DNA of 64,000 nt from Terriglobia bacterium (lineage in GTDB: Bacteria > Acidobacteriota > Terriglobia > Acidiferrales > UBA7541), in the NCBI GenBank assembly GCA_963695545.1, contig OY968796.1:3744001-3808000 (forward strand), written 5' to 3'. Under the pieces are notes generated by a model. The model saw only the letters and a list, made by a program, of their open reading frames with translations, was not told the origin of the DNA and ran no database searches. Position 1 is the stretch's first letter; every line of letters starts with the position of its first letter. This document shows positions 60,032-64,000 of the stretch, one piece after another. The position numbers and the translations under genes were made by a program.

Positions 60032-61522
60032 GTGACGTCCGGTCCGCTCGATTCCACAACGCGCAAGCGCACGCCGATTCGCGCGCCGCGAGGCAACGTG
60101 CTTTCGTGCAAGGGGTGGCATCAGGAAGCGGCGCTTCGCATGTTGATGAATGCGCTCGATCCGGAAGTCGCGGAACGTCCCGACGAGATGATTGCGTGCG
60201 GCACGAACGGCAAGCCGGTGGAAGATTGGCAGAGCTATCTCGAAATCGCCGTCGCGCTGAAAACCCTGGACAGCGAGCAGACTTTGCTCGTGCAGCCCGG
60301 TAAACCGGCGGAAAGTTTTCGCACAAGCGCTCCGGCACCGCGCGTGCTGATCAAGCCTGTAACGACCGACGGCGAGGAGGCCGCGACAAGCTGGATGTAC
60401 GTGGGCACGCAGGGTGCGCTCCAAGAGACTTATGAAACTTTCCGCAGCGCGGCGAGGGTTCACTTCGGCGGCGACCTCGCCGGGCGGCTCGTAGTCTCCG
60501 CCGGCATGGGAAGCCTGGGCGGCGCGCAACCGCTCGCGGCGCAACTGAATGGCGCGGCGTTTCTCGGGATCGACGCCGATCCCGCGCGCATCAAGCGTCG
60601 CGTGAAGAGCGGATATTGCGACGTGATGGTAAGTTCGCTCGATGAAGCGCTGCGGATTCTGAAGAACGCGGTGCGCCAACGTGCGGCTCGTTCGGTCGGA
60701 TTGGTCGGCAATGCGGCGGACGTGATCAGCGAACTCGCGGAGCGGGGCTCGGTTCCCGATATCCTTACGGATCGCACGGCGGCGCAAGACCCGCTCTTGG
60801 GATATTGGCCGCAGGGGTTGAGCATGGCGGAGGCCTCGGATCTGCGCCGCAGTAACCCGGCGGAGGCGCGGCGCAAATCGCTCGAGTCCATCGCGGTACA
60901 GGTCCGCGCGATGATGGCGCTGCAGAAGCTTGGCGCGTCCGTCTTCGATTTCGGCAATCGCATCTTCGCCAAGGCACGCGAAGCCGGCGTCGCCGAGGCC
61001 TGCCCGGAGGCCCCACGCGAAGAGCATCGATCGGTTGATCGCGCGCCGATGCGCTGGATCGCGCTTTCGGGCGAGCCTGGCGATATCGATCGAATCGATC
61101 GGCTGGTGCTCGAGATGTTTTCTGGAGACGAAAATCTCGCGCGCTTCATTCGTCTCGCGCGAAAGCACGTTCGTGCGCAAGGACTGCCGGCGCGAGTTTG
61201 CTGGATGCGCAGCGCCGATCGCGCCCGATTCGGCGTGGCCGTGAACGAGCTGGTGGCTGACGGCGATTTGCGCGGGCCGGTGGTTCTGGGACGCGATTTT
61301 CTGGATTGCGGCGGCGCCGCCGAACGCCGTGCGCATCCGAGACTGGCAATTGCCCAGGGAGGCGAATTGCCGATCGGCGAGGAGTTGCTCGACGCGACGA
61401 ACGGGGCGTCCTGGGCCGCGATTCGGGGGAGCGGCGCTGATCCTGCGCGTCTCGCTCAAGCGATCGTGGCCGACGGGACGTCGGGTACGGCCGCGAGGAT
61501 CGAACAAGTAATGTCGCGATAG
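60032..61522 (+). CDS. hutU: Divergent urocanate hydratase-like protein
   Basis: IRAPRG..CKGWHQEAALRMLMN, SWMYVGTQG, GGAQPLA, RWIALSG, QGLPARVCW; several conserved blocks missing; start uncertain. Confidence 0.8.
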   Translation: MTSGPLDSTTRKRTPIRAPRGNVLSCKGWHQEAALRMLMNALDPEVAERPDEMIACGTNGKPVEDWQSYLEIAVALKTLDSEQTLLVQPGKPAESFRTSAPAPRVLIKPVTTDGEEAATSWMYVGTQGALQETYETFRSAARVHFGGDLAGRLVVSAGMGSLGGAQPLAAQLNGAAFLGIDADPARIKRRVKSGYCDVMVSSLDEALRILKNAVRQRAARSVGLVGNAADVISELAERGSVPDILTDRTAAQDPLLGYWPQGLSMAEASDLRRSNPAEARRKSLESIAVQVRAMMALQKLGASVFDFGNRIFAKAREAGVAEACPEAPREEHRSVDRAPMRWIALSGEPGDIDRIDRLVLEMFSGDENLARFIRLARKHVRAQGLPARVCWMRSADRARFGVAVNELVADGDLRGPVVLGRDFLDCGGAAERRAHPRLAIAQGGELPIGEELLDATNGASWAAIRGSGADPARLAQAIVADGTSGTAARIEQVMSR

Positions 61523-61671
61523 ACGCGGCGTGTGCGCGGAGCCGGCCGATCGCGACGGCGCGCGGGTGGAGATAGGCCGCAAATAGCGGTAACCTGGCGC
61601 TGCGCCGCGCATCGAAGAATACAGGCGTGCCACACGCGAATCGACGCGCCGCAAGGTAGAGGGAGAAAACC

Positions 61672-62574
61672 ATGATCGCAATCACTGGAGCCACGGGCCA
61701 CACGGGCCACGTTGCCGCAAAGACTTTGCTCGCACGCGGACAAAAAGTGCGGGTTTTGGGCCGCAGCGCCGAGAAGCTAGCGCCGCTGGTCGCTCTGGGC
61801 GCGGAACCTCGGGTATTCGAGTTTCACGACGAAGTGGCGATGACCGACGCCTTCACTGGCGCGGACGCAGTGTACGCCATGAATCCTCCGGACCTTACCG
61901 CCGAGGACGTGATCGGCCATTACGATCGCAATTCGGAAGCGCTGGTGGCCGCGATCAAGGGCTCTGGCGTGAAGCACGTGGTTACGCTCAGCAGCGTCGG
62001 AGCGCAACTGCCGGAAGGCTCGGGGCCGGTTCTCGGTCTGCGCCGCATGGAAGAAAAGATCAACACGATCCGGGATCTAAACGTTTTGCATCTGCGGCCG
62101 TGCTACTTCATGGAGAACACCCTGGCGCAGATTGGCGTGATTCAGAGATTTGGCGCGGTCGGGGGAATTATTACGTCAGACCTGAAATTCGCGACGATTG
62201 CCACGCGCGATATCGGAGTGGTGGCGGCGGATAGGCTCGAGCGGCGCGACTTCATCGGCATATCGACGCATGAACTCTTGGGCCCACGCGACGTTTCGAT
62301 GAATGAAATCGCAAAGATCATCGGCGCCGGCATCGGCCAGCCAGGACTATCCTATATGGAAGCGCCGGTTCCGATGTTCGTGATGGGACTGCGGCAAGCC
62401 GGTTTGTCGGCCAACTACGCGGAGCTGATCGCGGAGATGTGTCTGAGCATCAACTCCGGCGTGTTCAAGCCCGAAGAACCGCGCTCGCCGCGGAACACCA
62501 CGCCGACAACTTATGAAGCCTTTGTGGCGGAAGTCTTTGCGCCGGCGTTTCGGGGCAAAGCGGTTTCCGCCTGA
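61672..62574 (+). CDS. NmrA-family NAD(P)-binding protein
   Basis: ITGATGHTG, LSSVGA, LRPCYFMEN. Confidence 0.88.
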   Translation: MIAITGATGHTGHVAAKTLLARGQKVRVLGRSAEKLAPLVALGAEPRVFEFHDEVAMTDAFTGADAVYAMNPPDLTAEDVIGHYDRNSEALVAAIKGSGVKHVVTLSSVGAQLPEGSGPVLGLRRMEEKINTIRDLNVLHLRPCYFMENTLAQIGVIQRFGAVGGIITSDLKFATIATRDIGVVAADRLERRDFIGISTHELLGPRDVSMNEIAKIIGAGIGQPGLSYMEAPVPMFVMGLRQAGLSANYAELIAEMCLSINSGVFKPEEPRSPRNTTPTTYEAFVAEVFAPAFRGKAVSA

Positions 62575-62767
62575 ACGGCGACCGTGCCACATCGGCACAT
62601 TCGGGGTGGCGAGTAGGTCGCCGCAGCGGTTTGGAGTAGCCGCCGCCCCGAAACTTCATTAACATCGCAGTGTTCATCAAAGCGGGCAGTTGTGTATGCA
62701 TTCGGCCGCGGCCGCGGCTCATGCCTGCGCTGGCGTCGCTGATCGGACCGTTGTCCCAAAATACTTC

Positions 62768-63733
62768 ATGGAACGCCTTATCGAATGCGTACCGAATTTT
62801 TCCGAAGGGCGGGACATCGCCAAAATGGAGGCGCTCGCCGAGACCATGAGCGCCGTGCCGGGCGTGTGGGTTTTCGACCGTCATAGCGACGCGGATCACA
62901 ATCGCACGGTGATCACGTTCGCGGGAAGACCGGAGGCGGTGGCCGAAGCGGCGCTGCGCGGCGTGGGTCAGGCAGCGCGGCTGCTCGATTTGACGCAGCA
63001 TTCCGGCGCGCATCCGCGGCTGGGAGCGACGGACGTGCTGCCGTTCGTGCCGCTGGAAGGATGCACGATCGAAGATTGCGTGGGGATTGCGCATCGCGTG
63101 GGGCGCGAGATTTGGCGCCGGCATCGCATTCCGGTCTATTTCTACGAAGCGGCGGCGCTGCGGCCGGAGCGCGCGAATCTGGAAAACGTGCGCAAGGGAC
63201 AATTCGAGGGTCTGGTGGGCGCGGAACTCGAGCACGATGCGGCGAGGGCGCCCGACGTCGGCGAACCGAAACTGCACAGAACGGCGGGCGCAGTGGCCGT
63301 CGGCGCGCGCAAATTTCTGATCGCGTTCAACATCAATCTCGACACGCGCGAATTGAGTGTGGCGCAGAAAATCGCGCGCGCGGTGCGGGCGTCGAACGGC
63401 GGATTGCCGCACGTGAAAGCCATGGGCGTCGAACTGAAATCGCGCGGGCTGGCGCAAGTCTCGATGAATCTCACAGACTTCGAGCAGACGCCGCTCGATC
63501 GCGTATTCGGCGCGGTCCAAGCGGAGGCCGCGCGGTACGGTTGCCGGATCGCCGCGAGCGAAATCGTTGGCCTCGTGCCGCAGAAGGCCATCGAGATGAT
63601 CGGCGGATTCGATTTGCATCTCGAGAATTTCACGGGCGCGCAAATTCTGGAGAATCGGCTGGCGGATGCGCTGGCCGGTTCGCGCGCGAGCGCGGGCACG
63701 GCCGCGGCGCGAAAGAGCGCCGCGCGGCGTTAG
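62768..63733 (+). CDS. ftcd: Glutamate formimidoyltransferase
   Basis: IECVPNFSEGR, DADHNRTV, HPRLGATDV, GARKFLIAFN, QVSMNL, SEIVGL. Confidence 0.94.
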   Translation: MERLIECVPNFSEGRDIAKMEALAETMSAVPGVWVFDRHSDADHNRTVITFAGRPEAVAEAALRGVGQAARLLDLTQHSGAHPRLGATDVLPFVPLEGCTIEDCVGIAHRVGREIWRRHRIPVYFYEAAALRPERANLENVRKGQFEGLVGAELEHDAARAPDVGEPKLHRTAGAVAVGARKFLIAFNINLDTRELSVAQKIARAVRASNGGLPHVKAMGVELKSRGLAQVSMNLTDFEQTPLDRVFGAVQAEAARYGCRIAASEIVGLVPQKAIEMIGGFDLHLENFTGAQILENRLADALAGSRASAGTAAARKSAARR

Positions 63734-63923
63734 CAAAAGGTGGAAGCGTAGGGCGCGCGGCACTGGAGATTCGCGTTTCGATTGTATTGTTGAGGAAAGA
63801 CGCGAAGACGGACAACTCAAAACGCCGCCCGGCACGTCTATACTGGTACGGGAAGGCCGCGCAGCGAGATCGATGCGATTTGGAACGAGCACGCTGAGAA
63901 GCACGACAAACATGAGGATCACC

Positions 63924-64000
63924 ATGAAGAAAAATCGGAATCACCGCAGAATTCTGTGGACCGCCGCCGCACTCTTTCTCGCGACACTTGCGCTGGCGCT
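63924..64000 (+). CDS. Start of an exported protein, truncated by window edge
   Basis: GAGG RBS then MKKNRNHRRILWTAAALFLATLALA, signal-peptide-like. Confidence 0.55.
   Translation, partial: MKKNRNHRRILWTAAALFLATLALA

Overview
GC-rich bacterial chromosomal window, most likely Acidobacteriota (ADOP-type duplicated permease, two Oar-like TonB-dependent receptors, small lineage-type proteins). Mostly housekeeping and envelope genes: Kdo hydroxylase, CoA-disulfide reductase-like, Bcp, tsaE-nnr, two APC permeases, thiE, accBC, pilMNOPQ, UbiD-family decarboxylase, glgB, fpr, cystathionine lyase/synthase, PGM, ftsB, thiG, FadD, hutU-like and ftcd. It also holds a small accessory island (HigBA, PD-(D/E)XK protein, orphan AbrB) and a second TA pair. 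Two unannotated systems stand out. (1) A 28-codon polycysteine leader (MIRISTSRVSSLRQATSACCCCCCRCLL, 7588-7502) lies between a sigma70-type promoter and a TonB-dependent receptor, and its end is complementary to the receptor Shine-Dalgarno, suggesting a cysteine-sensing translational attenuator. (2) A dispersed element occurs three times (about 1040-1300, 27620-26870, 52110-52440): a conserved promoter, a leader with a ~30-bp motif repeated at ~50-bp spacing, a GGGGT(N)ACCCC end and, in two copies, a paralogous CCCH zinc-finger gene. Also notable are a degenerate but intact urocanase paralogue, a large class III cyclase-like protein, and six +1 frameshifts that may be sequencing errors. No rRNA, tRNA or CRISPR array was seen.
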